Assembly: GCA_965199495.1 (NCBI GenBank)
Contig: CBDASK010000003.1
Coordinates: 2,240,001 to 2,304,000 of the forward strand
Source of the DNA: Abditibacterium sp.
GTDB lineage: Bacteria > Armatimonadota > Abditibacteriia > Abditibacteriales > Abditibacteriaceae
DNA: 64,000 nt
Reading direction: 5' to 3'
Made by a program: the position numbers and the translations under genes. The notes beneath the pieces were generated by a model. The model ran no database searches, was not told the DNA's origin, and saw only the letters and a list, made by a program, of their open reading frames with translations. This document shows, in pieces, positions 29,181 through 39,329 of this stretch (positions are counted from its first letter, which is position 1; the number at the start of each line of letters is the position of its first letter).

Positions 29181-30545
29181 ATGCCGAAGAATGAATCAAC
29201 AACTGAGGAAACGCCTGTTGTTTCTCCTGCTGTTATCGCCCCAATCATAACGTCCGGCGGCGGATTATCATTGAAGTCCAACTTTATCTGGACTTTCTTC
29301 AGCAATGTTATCTATGCGGGTTGCCAATGGCTGATGTTAATTGCCCTGGCAAAATTGGGGACGCCAGAAACTGTTGGTGCTTTTGCGTTGGGTCTGGCGG
29401 TCACTGGGCCGATTCTCATGTTCACCAATATGCAATTGCGCGGAGTGCAAGTGACGGACGCCAAAAGGGAATACGAATTTGGCGATTATTTAGGTTTGCG
29501 ATTGATCTCAATCGTTTTATCCTTAGTTGTATTTGGTATTATTGTCCTCGTTTCAAATTACTCTCCGACAACAGCAATCGTAGTTTTTATTATTGGAATT
29601 ACAAAGCTCTTTGATTCGTTGAGCGACATTATCTATGGACTGTTACAACAACGCGAAAAAATGGATCGCATTGCGATTTCGCGTATGTTGCAAGGCACTT
29701 TACAGCTTAGTGTTCTCAGCCTCATTCTGTGGTTGACGCATAACCTCATCTTCGCAGTATTAGGAATGGCGATTATTTCGGGGTTTATCACGTTAATTTA
29801 CGATATACCTAATGCCATCCATATATTGAAGATGGAAACGAATAATAGTGATTCTATTCGGCGTTCTGGCATTCAGTTGTTACATCCGAACTGGTGTAAG
29901 AAGAACTTATTTAAATTGATAAAAATATGTTTTCCATTAGGTTTGGTTATGTTGGCTGTCTCGCTCAATGTTAATACTCCTCAATATTTTATTGAGAATA
30001 AATTAGGCGTTTATGAATTAGGTGTTTTTGCTGCACTGATGTCGCTAACTATGATTGATACCCAGGTTATTAGTGCGTTAGGACAAGTCGCCAGCTCACG
30101 ACTCTCTCAATATTTTGCAAATGGAGAAATAAAATCGTTTCAAGTATTAATGCTACAATTAGTGGCTATTGGAGCTTTTATTGGTGGATTGGTGATGTTA
30201 ATATCCTTATATTTTGGGAAAAAAATTATTACAAGTTTTTTTGGAGTTGAATATGCGCGATATTTTACAACCTTTATTTGGCTTATGATAGGATCATGGA
30301 TCGCTAACGTTACAATGATTCTTGGTTATGGAATAACATCGGCTCGACGATTTAATGTTCAATTGACGATAGCAGTGGTCGTGTTATTGGTAACCGTTAT
30401 TTTATGTTACGCTTTGATTAAACCCATGGGTGTCTTGGGAGTCGCTATTGGTTCCACGGTTGGGATGGCCGTTTGTGGAATAAGTAATTTTTACGTTTTA
30501 TTCAGAATCATCCAGTTCGCCAAGAATTCTGACTCCGTGATCTGA
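29181..30545 (+). CDS. Wzx oligosaccharide flippase
   Basis: About 12 TM segments, MOP-family pattern, position in cluster. Confidence 0.85.
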   Translation: MPKNESTTEETPVVSPAVIAPIITSGGGLSLKSNFIWTFFSNVIYAGCQWLMLIALAKLGTPETVGAFALGLAVTGPILMFTNMQLRGVQVTDAKREYEFGDYLGLRLISIVLSLVVFGIIVLVSNYSPTTAIVVFIIGITKLFDSLSDIIYGLLQQREKMDRIAISRMLQGTLQLSVLSLILWLTHNLIFAVLGMAIISGFITLIYDIPNAIHILKMETNNSDSIRRSGIQLLHPNWCKKNLFKLIKICFPLGLVMLAVSLNVNTPQYFIENKLGVYELGVFAALMSLTMIDTQVISALGQVASSRLSQYFANGEIKSFQVLMLQLVAIGAFIGGLVMLISLYFGKKIITSFFGVEYARYFTTFIWLMIGSWIANVTMILGYGITSARRFNVQLTIAVVVLLVTVILCYALIKPMGVLGVAIGSTVGMAVCGISNFYVLFRIIQFAKNSDSVI

Positions 30546-30937
30546 ATATTTTTCAAAAACTCTTGTTTCCAAAGTAAATTTTCCTTTTCGCGATAGCTTT
30601 CATTCTTTGGTTAGTTGAACTCATTATATGAGCGTATAATACCGATTCTTTCTGATGCACTGGAATAACCCTGGTTGTCCTTAGGCGTGGCTGACAAGAA
30701 ACGCAGGTGAATTGCATGTTTTCGATGGATAAATTTGGTTGTTCTGGACGAAGGGGTCAACGTAATTCGATAACGATGACTGTTATGTGGTCTGCTACAC
30801 TGCTCTCCATCGCATTCGGAAGCATCTATAAACGAAGATTCTCATCAAGCGAATAAAGACATCTTAACTCATTGCTTTTAAGCGGAAGATTCTTTGCCAG
30901 TAGAGAATTTTAGTAAGAATTGAATTTTAATGAAATA

Positions 30938-31600
30938 ATGGCCATTAAAGACTATATTCCAGAAACCCTAAAAGAATATATTAAGTTGATGCAGGTAAGG
31001 CGGCGTTATCCTGACGCTAAAATACATACTCCCCATGTGGCGTCTACGGCAAAGATTAACCACGAATGTTTGTTATCTTCCAGAGTTTACATCGGTGATG
31101 ATGTAGAAATTGGCGAATACTCCTATGTTAATATGGGGACATATATTGCTTCTGGTAAAGTAGGTAAATTTTGTTCCATTGGTTATTCCGTGCAAATAGG
31201 AATGCCAGAGCATCCTACTAATTACTTATCTACATCTCCTCGTCTCTTTGGCGGTAAAAACATATTTGGTTTTCCCACTGCTTGGGATGATTATCAAAGT
31301 CCTCCTTATATAGGTAATGACGTTTGGATCGGCAGTAATGCCGTCCTCCTGCAAGGAGTGAACATTGGAGATGGCGCCGTCGTGGCTGCTGGAGCCGTCG
31401 TCACGAAAGACGTTCCTCCCTATGCCATCGTCGCGGGCGTGCCCGCTAAGGTCATCAAAAGCAGATTCGATCCAGAAACCATCGCATTTCTCTTGAAATG
31501 GAAATGGTGGAATCTCCCCGCAGATGAGTTAAAAACACAGGCGATGCTTTTCCAGTCCAAGGTGACATCATTAAAATCAGTAAACCGCTCGCATGAATAA
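30938..31600 (+). CDS. Hexapeptide-repeat (CatB/Vat-like) O-acetyltransferase
   Basis: IGNDVWIG...[34 protein letters not shown]. Confidence 0.9.
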   Translation: MAIKDYIPETLKEYIKLMQVRRRYPDAKIHTPHVASTAKINHECLLSSRVYIGDDVEIGEYSYVNMGTYIASGKVGKFCSIGYSVQIGMPEHPTNYLSTSPRLFGGKNIFGFPTAWDDYQSPPYIGNDVWIGSNAVLLQGVNIGDGAVVAAGAVVTKDVPPYAIVAGVPAKVIKSRFDPETIAFLLKWKWWNLPADELKTQAMLFQSKVTSLKSVNRSHE

Positions 31601-31628
31601 ATCGTTTGAAAGTAGAGAGTGGTGAAAA

Positions 31629-32753
31629 GTGAAAATGCGAATTCTTCAAGTTGTGGGGACAATGGACCGTGCCGGGGCCGAGACGTGGCTCATGCACGTT
31701 TTACGTAACATAGACCGTGAGCGATTTCAGGTGGATTTTTTAGTTCACAGCGACGCCGCTGGCGATTACGACGATGAGATTAGGGCACTGGGCTCTAAAG
31801 TCATTCCCTGTTTATCCCCGTCAAAGCCTTGGCTCTATGCCCGTAATTTTCGGCGCATTCTGCGACAGCATGGCCCCTACGATGTTGTTCACAGCCACGT
31901 CCATCATTTCAGTGGTTACTTGCTTTGGTTGGCGTCACAATACGGTGTGAAAAACCGAGTGGTGCATAGTCACAGTGACACATCGCTGACCGAGGCGAAT
32001 GCTGGCGTTGCCAGGCGCCTTTACCTCAATACTGCCAGAACTCTTTTGGAAAAATATGCCACGACAGGACTTGCGGCCAGCAAAGAAGCCGCTGTCGCGC
32101 TTTTTGGCCCCAATTGGGAAAGCAATCCTCGTTGGCGAATTTTGCACTGTTCCATTGATCTTTCGCCGTTCGAGCGACAGATAGATTCCGTCGCCCTCCG
32201 TAAAGAAATAGGAATCCCCGACGACGCATTTGTTATGGGGCATGTGGGGCGTTTTCAAGCGATGAAAAACCACGCTTTCTTGGTTGAGGTGTTGCAAGAA
32301 GTGCGCAATCGCAACTCCAATGCGCATTTGTTGCTCGTCGGCGATGGGCCGTTGCGCTCTGAGATAGAAGCCAAGGTCAAACAACTCGATTTATCGAAAT
32401 ACGTTCACTTCGTGGGAGTTCAGAAAGATATTCCCCAATTCATGATGGGAGCGATGGATGTTTTCGTTATGCCCTCGATATTTGAAGGACTACCCATGGT
32501 CGGGATTGAGATGCAAGCCGCAGGATTACCTTTTGTGCTTTCAGATGCCATATCTGATGAACTCGACATAATACCAGAGTTATCGTGTCGTTTATCTCTC
32601 GATCAAACAGTAGAAGAATGGGCTGATTCTATTCTTCAAATAGAAAAGAATCAGCCGACAATCAGTCAGCAGAAAATTTTATCTATCGTTAAAAATAGTT
32701 CTTTTAATATACGTGAAAGCATAAAAGATTTGGAGGAAATATATGGCAGTTAG
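31629..32753 (+). CDS. GT4 glycosyltransferase (EpsF-like)
   Basis: MDRAGAETWLM, HVGRF..KNH, PSIFEGLP..E.QAAG. Confidence 0.9.
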   Translation: MKMRILQVVGTMDRAGAETWLMHVLRNIDRERFQVDFLVHSDAAGDYDDEIRALGSKVIPCLSPSKPWLYARNFRRILRQHGPYDVVHSHVHHFSGYLLWLASQYGVKNRVVHSHSDTSLTEANAGVARRLYLNTARTLLEKYATTGLAASKEAAVALFGPNWESNPRWRILHCSIDLSPFERQIDSVALRKEIGIPDDAFVMGHVGRFQAMKNHAFLVEVLQEVRNRNSNAHLLLVGDGPLRSEIEAKVKQLDLSKYVHFVGVQKDIPQFMMGAMDVFVMPSIFEGLPMVGIEMQAAGLPFVLSDAISDELDIIPELSCRLSLDQTVEEWADSILQIEKNQPTISQQKILSIVKNSSFNIRESIKDLEEIYGS

Positions 32754-34251
32754 TTCTCTTCCCAGAGTGAAAAATAGGAGCAGAAGAGCTTTTCCTGTAA
32801 TAGCAATACATGCGCTCCTCCTTCTGGTAGGTTTGCCAATAATATATATATTGGTATCTATAGATCAGGATGACCAATTTCAAATTCGTCTTACCTCTCT
32901 GGCTGCGGTGAGTCTATTCGCTTGGTCACTATGGTCCTGGCACAAAATCACTGGGAAATCTTTTGATCCCTACACCATATTCTTAATTATCGTAATGTTG
33001 TTTAATGGCGGGCACGCCATTCTTGCATTATTCAATCTCAGCGAACGCGGAGTCCTTGATGGTATATTCCCTTCTTACGTTACGCTTCAGGCCCTATTTT
33101 CAGTGATTATATCAATAGGATTTCTGCATTTAGGCGCTCTGCTCGGCGTAAGAAAGGGGGCCAAAAGAATGAGGCGCGCGAATAATCCTCATTTGACTTC
33201 CCTCACCGCTTCCTCGGCGAAAATCGTTGGGTGGGGTCTCTTTATTATCTCGTTGCCTGCATCCATCGTTGTGCTGGGCAATGCTTTGCAACAAGTTCTT
33301 GCCGGTGGCTATTTTGTTTTATTTCAGGGCGAAGCCAAAACTGGGTTAGACGCGGGGCCGCAGATCATCGCCACTTTTCTGGTGCCTGCCGCCCTAATAT
33401 TACTTGCTACTGGCGCTAATTCGCGACGCCAACGCATCTTTACGTTAGTCGTTATCGTCGTTTACTCTTTGACGCGCTTGTTTTTAGGAAGCCGTTATTA
33501 CGCGATGCTACCACTAATTTCATACGCTTGGTTGTGGCATCGTTGCGTGCGGCCCCTGCCCAAGATCGTGATGATTTCTGCTGTGTTGGTCGTGTTGGTA
33601 GTTTTACCTTTGGTGGGTGCCACACGAAATATCAAAGGAGGAGATCGCTTATCTATTCAATCTTTTGTGGAAGCCTACACCTCAGATTCGAGTCCTGCAA
33701 TTGCTCTACTTCATGAAATGGGCGGAAGTTTGAGTACGGTGGCGTATACCATTACGCTTGTGCCATCTACCCATAGCTTTGAGTTGGGTGAAAGTTACGG
33801 TTATGCTTTTCTCACGGTATTTCCCAATTTGTTTTGGGATATTCATCCCACCATTGCTCATGGTATTCCCTCAATTTGGTTGACATGGCAAGTAGACCCT
33901 TACCTCGCTAATATAGGTGGAGGCGTAGGTTTTTCTCTGATTGCGGAAGCCTACTTGAATTTTGGTTGGTTTGGTATTCCGGTAATCCTTTTTGTTATTG
34001 GGTTACTTTACGGGCGATTAACATCTTGGTATGAGCTATCTATGGATTCCATTAACTTTGCCATTGCCGCTTGTTTTTGTAACGTATTTACATTGTATGC
34101 GAGGTCAGAAATGGCGGTTTTATTTCGTGGTATTATCTGGTATTGTCTTATTCCATGGCTGCTGATCATCTTTGTTAAATCTTATCACACTGGCGGCTCC
34201 AAATCGCGCGCTCTAAAATTACGTCAAAGAGGAAACTTGAGTAATCTATAG
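32743..34251 (+). CDS. Wzy O-antigen/EPS polymerase
   Basis: Polytopic membrane protein, GSR, GGVGFSLIAEAYLNFG. Confidence 0.8.
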   Translation: MAVSSLPRVKNRSRRAFPVIAIHALLLLVGLPIIYILVSIDQDDQFQIRLTSLAAVSLFAWSLWSWHKITGKSFDPYTIFLIIVMLFNGGHAILALFNLSERGVLDGIFPSYVTLQALFSVIISIGFLHLGALLGVRKGAKRMRRANNPHLTSLTASSAKIVGWGLFIISLPASIVVLGNALQQVLAGGYFVLFQGEAKTGLDAGPQIIATFLVPAALILLATGANSRRQRIFTLVVIVVYSLTRLFLGSRYYAMLPLISYAWLWHRCVRPLPKIVMISAVLVVLVVLPLVGATRNIKGGDRLSIQSFVEAYTSDSSPAIALLHEMGGSLSTVAYTITLVPSTHSFELGESYGYAFLTVFPNLFWDIHPTIAHGIPSIWLTWQVDPYLANIGGGVGFSLIAEAYLNFGWFGIPVILFVIGLLYGRLTSWYELSMDSINFAIAACFCNVFTLYARSEMAVLFRGIIWYCLIPWLLIIFVKSYHTGGSKSRALKLRQRGNLSNL

Positions 34252-34293
34252 AACAAGCGTGTTCTGTAACAGAAGAAGGTTCACTAAATTATT

Positions 34294-35511
34294 ATGAATG
34301 TAATCGTAACTTTAGAATATCGTTTTGATCGAACTCCCGATGGAGCTGTGTGGACGGACAATCAATTTCCATATCCCTTTTGGGCGCGTTATCTCAACGT
34401 ATTCGATCAGGTGAGCGTAGTCGCCAGAGTGCGCGAGTTGAGTGACGTGCCCGACCACTTTGTGCGGGCAGATGGGCAAAACGTTTCTTTCATTGCTTTG
34501 CCCTGTTATCTCGGCCCAAAGCAATATCTCGCCAGCCGCTATGCTATCCAAAAAATATGTCGAGATAATATACCCAAGCATGACGCAATGATTCTACGCG
34601 TGCCCTCTATTTTGGCTAATTCCGTCCTCAAACCTATGCAAAAGGGCCAGCCCTATGGAGTCGAAGTCGTGGCAGATCCCTACGATGTTTTCGCGCCTGG
34701 AGTGATTAAACATCCATTGAGAGCGCTCTTTAGAAAATTATTTTTTCAATCATTGAAACGTCAATGTGCCAAAGCTTGCGCGGCTTTGTACGTTACGAAA
34801 AACGCGTTGCAACGGAGATATCCAACGGATAAAGGCGCACTCTCTGTGTCTTGCTCGGATGTCTATTTGGAACAAGAGAATTGCGTTGAGTCTGCCCGCG
34901 TGGTTACTCCCAAGAGCAAGATGCACTTAGTTACTATAGGCTCTTTGGCCCAGACTTATAAAGCCATCGATATTCTTATACCCGCTCTTAATCGGTGCGT
35001 TCAAGGCGGCCTTGATTTGACGCTGACAATTGTTGGCGATGGTCGTTATCGCAGCGAGTTAGAGATATTAGCTCAAGAATTAGGAATAGTGAACAGGGTT
35101 AAGTTCTTGGGTCAGTTGCCTGCTGGCAAAGCGATCAGTGAGCAACTTGACGCGGCGGATTTGTTCGTTTTACCCTCGCGCACCGAAGGGTTGCCACGCG
35201 TCATCATTGAGGCTATGGCGAGGGCTGTTCCTTGCGTCGGTTCGACGGTCGGCGGCATCCCCGAACTTCTCTCCTCGGAAGATATGGTTCCTCCAGACGA
35301 CATCGAAGCCTTGGCGACGAAAATCCGTGAGGTCTTGACTAATCCTTCTCGCATGATGCAAATGTCCGCTCGCAATTTGGAGAAAGCAAAAGAGTATCGA
35401 GAAGATATTTTAAGTGAACGCAGAACGAATTTTTATAAGTATGTGCGTCAACAAACAGAGGCGTGGGACGAACAGCAGCAGCAAGGGAGCAATCGTAGAA
35501 ATCTACAATAA
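34294..35511 (+). CDS. GT4 glycosyltransferase
   Basis: PSRTEGLPRVIIEAMA, VGGIPEL. Confidence 0.9.
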   Translation: MNVIVTLEYRFDRTPDGAVWTDNQFPYPFWARYLNVFDQVSVVARVRELSDVPDHFVRADGQNVSFIALPCYLGPKQYLASRYAIQKICRDNIPKHDAMILRVPSILANSVLKPMQKGQPYGVEVVADPYDVFAPGVIKHPLRALFRKLFFQSLKRQCAKACAALYVTKNALQRRYPTDKGALSVSCSDVYLEQENCVESARVVTPKSKMHLVTIGSLAQTYKAIDILIPALNRCVQGGLDLTLTIVGDGRYRSELEILAQELGIVNRVKFLGQLPAGKAISEQLDAADLFVLPSRTEGLPRVIIEAMARAVPCVGSTVGGIPELLSSEDMVPPDDIEALATKIREVLTNPSRMMQMSARNLEKAKEYREDILSERRTNFYKYVRQQTEAWDEQQQQGSNRRNLQ

Positions 35512-35660
35512 GCCAAGCCTTCTTAGGAGCCACAGGTTTTGAGACTCGTTCGGATATTCCATCTTCACGCGGACATTAATGAGTTGCTCATCTTTCTCCT
35601 CTTGGGAACTTTGGTGAAGCGGATTATTCTGTTGAAAACATTTTTTTCGGATACTACAAA

Positions 35661-36803
35661 ATGAAAATTAAAAGACATCTTCTAATCATTATTCCTTCAA
35701 TCATAAGCTATAAAGCATTCCTTAGGGATCTTTGTAACTATCTGACACAAAATGATTGGGAAGTAACTGTTGTATGCGATATGAATGGGCAAGCACAGCC
35801 AAAACAGAACACGCAATTCATTCATTGTGACTTCCCTCGTGGATTTTCTATCAAAGGTTATATCCATGCGGCTAAATCGCTTCGTTCTATTGTTAGTGAC
35901 TTAAAACCGTCGTTGATACATGTGCATTTTTCTGTTGCCGCCTTATTTACAGCACTTGCAAAGCAAAAAAATTGGCCTCCAATGATTGCCACTATTCAAG
36001 GGGCAATTTTTACAGCAAGTTCAGGTCTCAAATCAACCTTATATCGCGCTGCCGAGTTATTTTCTTTTAATAAATATAATCAAGTCTGGGTATTAACTCT
36101 TGATGATTTTCGCGCGCTTAAAGATGCTGATATTACGGTTTTTTGCCAAGAGTCGAAGGGATTTGGATGCAGAAGTGACATTTTTGATCCTTCAAACTTC
36201 GATGAAAATTTTAAATCTCGAAAGAAAGAAGAACTTGAAATTGAAAAAGATGATGTCGTCTTGATATTTGTAGGAAGGTTAGTTGACTTCAAGGGTATTC
36301 ATATCGCCTACCGAGCTTTCCAACACAGCAAAGCACATTTGGATAATCTCTCTCTAAAATTTATAGTTGTTGGGGATTTTGATCCATTGCATGATTCAGG
36401 GCTTACGCAACAGGAAAAACAAGATTTAGAAAGTGATACTTCAATCATAAGAACGGGTCACATTGATAATGTTGAGCAATACCTCGCTATTTCTGACATA
36501 AATATTTTTCCGAGCGTTCGAGAAGGTATGCCCGTCAATTTAATGGAATCTTTAAGCATGGGAGTTCCCGTAATTACTTTCGATAGCCGAGGCTGCAGAG
36601 ATGTCGTAGAAAATCAGGTTACGGGTTTCGTCATCCCTGAAAGAACTCCCGAAACCTTTTCCAAAGCGATTGATCAATTGGTGGCAGATGTTACATTGAG
36701 AAATAAATTTAAAAATAATGCTCTTGCGAAAAGAGATGATTTCTCGCGAGAGCATTATATAAAGGAACAAATATCTATTTACGATAATATAATTGATAAT
36801 TGA
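35661..36803 (+). CDS. GT4 glycosyltransferase (PglA/CapM-like)
   Basis: FVGRLVDFKG, PSVREGMP..LMES, GCRDVV. Confidence 0.88.
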   Translation: MKIKRHLLIIIPSIISYKAFLRDLCNYLTQNDWEVTVVCDMNGQAQPKQNTQFIHCDFPRGFSIKGYIHAAKSLRSIVSDLKPSLIHVHFSVAALFTALAKQKNWPPMIATIQGAIFTASSGLKSTLYRAAELFSFNKYNQVWVLTLDDFRALKDADITVFCQESKGFGCRSDIFDPSNFDENFKSRKKEELEIEKDDVVLIFVGRLVDFKGIHIAYRAFQHSKAHLDNLSLKFIVVGDFDPLHDSGLTQQEKQDLESDTSIIRTGHIDNVEQYLAISDINIFPSVREGMPVNLMESLSMGVPVITFDSRGCRDVVENQVTGFVIPERTPETFSKAIDQLVADVTLRNKFKNNALAKRDDFSREHYIKEQISIYDNIIDN

Positions 36804-36842
36804 GTTTTCTGAAACAAAAATCTTTGGAAAAAATAGTTCAAC

Positions 36843-37481
36843 ATGATACCTTCTATTTATAAAAAGAACAGCAAACGTCTGCTCGACCTCGCTTTAACTT
36901 CAACGGCGCTGGTTTGTCTATCGCCGGTATTTGCCGCCGTCGCCGTTCTGGTGCGCCTGAAACTTGGCTCGCCGATTCTATTCCGTCAACAACGTCCCGG
37001 TTTGCGCGCGCGCCCATTTATGATGATGAAATTTCGCACCATGACCGACGCGCGCGATGCAAGCGGAGAATTATTGCCAGATGCTGAGCGTTTGCCGCCG
37101 TTCGGTCAATTTTTGCGCAGCACGAGTTTGGACGAACTGCCGGAACTCCTCAACGTTTTGAAGGGTGAGATGAGTTTGGTCGGGCCGCGCCCGCTTTTAA
37201 TGCGCTATCTGGATCGTTACACGCCGCAGCAAATGCGGCGTCACGAAGTGCCGCCGGGCATCACTGGTTGGGCGCAGGTCAACGGGCGCAACGCGATTTC
37301 TTGGGAAAAGAAGTTTGAATTGGATGTCTGGTATGTCGAAAATTGCTCGTTCTGGCTCGACATCAAAGTTTTGTGGATGACGGTTCTCAAAGTCGTCAGA
37401 CGGGCGGACATCAATCAACAGGGACAGGCCACGCAAAGCGAATTTATGGGCGACCTGTCTGGGTTGGAGAAATCGTCGTGA
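36843..37481 (+). CDS. Initiating phosphoglycosyl transferase (PglC/EpsL-like)
   Basis: KFRTM, RSTSLDELP, GEMSLVGPRP, PGITGWAQVNGRN. Confidence 0.93.
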   Translation: MIPSIYKKNSKRLLDLALTSTALVCLSPVFAAVAVLVRLKLGSPILFRQQRPGLRARPFMMMKFRTMTDARDASGELLPDAERLPPFGQFLRSTSLDELPELLNVLKGEMSLVGPRPLLMRYLDRYTPQQMRRHEVPPGITGWAQVNGRNAISWEKKFELDVWYVENCSFWLDIKVLWMTVLKVVRRADINQQGQATQSEFMGDLSGLEKSS

Positions 37482-38113
37482 AACGCGTTTTAATTATAGG
37501 CGCGGGCGGCCACGCCAAAGTCGTTGCCGATATTTTGCAGTTGTGTGGCCACCATATTTTGGGTTGTCTGGACGATAACCCTCAATCGTGGGGCACATCG
37601 TGTTTGGGATTGCCAGTTTTGGGCGCTATCGCCGATTACGCGAAATATCAGCCCGATGGTTTGGTCATCGGCATTGGCTCCAATGGGGTGCGACAAACTT
37701 TGGTCAATCGTTTGGGCGAACCCGCGCGCGCGCTGTGGATAAACGCGATTCATCCGCGCGCGACCTTCGCCGCTTCGGCGAAAATCGGACGCGGCGTTGT
37801 CATCGCGGCTCACGCTGTGATTAATCCCAACACAATAATCGGCAATCACGCGATTATTAACACGGGAGCGACGGTTGATCACGATTGCCAAATCGGTGAT
37901 TACGCGCACATCGCGCCCGGTTCACATTTGGCGGGCGGTGTAACCGTTGGGGCGGGCGCGTTTGTCGGTATCGGCACTTCGGTCGTGCCCGGCGTGGCTG
38001 TTGGCGAGTGGGCGACTGTCGGCGCGGGAGCCGTGGTTTTGCGCGCTGTTCCCGCGCGTGCGACCGCTTATGGCGTGCCCGCTAAAGAGGTGCAAACACA
38101 AAAAAGTCCGTAG
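37478..38113 (+). CDS. Sugar N-acetyltransferase (PglD/EpsM/NeuD-like)
   Basis: IIGAGGHAKV, INTGATVDHDC; GTG overlaps the upstream stop. Confidence 0.9.
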   Translation: MKRVLIIGAGGHAKVVADILQLCGHHILGCLDDNPQSWGTSCLGLPVLGAIADYAKYQPDGLVIGIGSNGVRQTLVNRLGEPARALWINAIHPRATFAASAKIGRGVVIAAHAVINPNTIIGNHAIINTGATVDHDCQIGDYAHIAPGSHLAGGVTVGAGAFVGIGTSVVPGVAVGEWATVGAGAVVLRAVPARATAYGVPAKEVQTQKSP

Positions 38114-38156
38114 CTTTGAGACGCCAACTGCGCTTGACTTCTAACCCACAAATTTG

Positions 38157-39308
38157 ATGAGCAATATAATCAATGAATCGAAGAGAATTTATCTGTCGTC
38201 TCCTCACATGAGCGGCAGGGAACAAGAACTGGTTTTGGACGCTTTCGCTTCCAATTGGATCGCGCCGTTGGGGCCGCACGTTGACGGCTTCGAGCGCGAA
38301 GTCGCCGCTTACGTCGGCGTTTCCAACGCGGCGGCGCTTTCATCGGGCACGGCGGCGATTCATCTGGCGCTGCGTCTGCTCGACGTTGCGCCCGGCGACG
38401 AAGTCATTTGCTCGTCTTTTACTTTCAGCGCCAGCGCCAATCCGATTATGTATGAAGGCGCGCAACCGGTTTTCATAGATTCCGAATTCAAAACCTGGAA
38501 CATGGACGCGAATTTGTTGCGCGAAGAACTCGACGATTGCGCTCGGCGCGGCAAGTTGCCCAAAGCCGTCGTCGTGGTTGATCTTTACGGCCAATGCGCC
38601 GATTACGACGCCATCGAAGCGGTTTGCGCGCACTACGAAGTGCCAATTATCGAGGACGCGGCAGAGGCATTGGGCGCGTCTTACAAAAATCGCATGGCGG
38701 GCAGTTTCGGCAAGTTCGGCGTGTTCTCGTTCAATGGCAACAAAATTATCACGACATCGGGCGGCGGGATGTTGGTTTCCGACGACGCCGAGATGATTCA
38801 AAAGTGTCGCTTTCTGGCGACGCAGGCGCGCGACGCCGCGCCGCATTTTCAGCATTCGCACGTTGGCTACAACTATCGCATGAGCAATATGCTCGCGGCG
38901 ATTGGGCGCGGCCAGTTGGAAGTTTTGCCCCAGCGTATCGTGGCGCGCAAACGCAATTTCGAGAGTTATCAACAGGGTTTATCGTCGTTGCCGGGCGTTG
39001 AATTTATGCCGATTTCTGACGAGGGTAAACCCAATTATTGGCTGACGTGCATTACGATTGATCCGCGCCTCTTCGGCGCGGCGCGCGAGGACGTGCGTTT
39101 GGCGTTGGAAAAAGAGAATATCGAATCGCGCCCGCTGTGGAAGCCGATGCACCTGCAACCCGTATTCGCCCATTGCCGGATGCGCGATGGCAACGTTTCG
39201 GGGCCATTGTTTGAAAATGGTCTGTGTTTGCCGAGCGGCTCCAATCTCGAAGCCGCCGATGTCGAACGCGTGATTTCGATTATTCGCGATCTGTGTCCGA
39301 ATGCTTAA
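38157..39308 (+). CDS. DegT/DnrJ sugar aminotransferase (PglE/EpsN-like)
   Basis: LSSPHM, SSGTAAIHL, EDAAEALG, SFNGNKIITTSGGG, GYNYRMSN. Confidence 0.93.
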   Translation: MSNIINESKRIYLSSPHMSGREQELVLDAFASNWIAPLGPHVDGFEREVAAYVGVSNAAALSSGTAAIHLALRLLDVAPGDEVICSSFTFSASANPIMYEGAQPVFIDSEFKTWNMDANLLREELDDCARRGKLPKAVVVVDLYGQCADYDAIEAVCAHYEVPIIEDAAEALGASYKNRMAGSFGKFGVFSFNGNKIITTSGGGMLVSDDAEMIQKCRFLATQARDAAPHFQHSHVGYNYRMSNMLAAIGRGQLEVLPQRIVARKRNFESYQQGLSSLPGVEFMPISDEGKPNYWLTCITIDPRLFGAAREDVRLALEKENIESRPLWKPMHLQPVFAHCRMRDGNVSGPLFENGLCLPSGSNLEAADVERVISIIRDLCPNA

Positions 39309-39329
39309 ATTTGCGCTAACATAAAGCAA

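Noticed and set aside
30546..30937. 390-bp gap in the EPS cluster with LVVLDEGVN, faintly like an IS630 DDE fragment
   Set aside because: Too short and degenerate; no terminal repeats seen
30938..31600. Chloramphenicol/streptogramin resistance acetyltransferase
   Set aside because: Context within the polysaccharide cluster favours glycan O-acetylation
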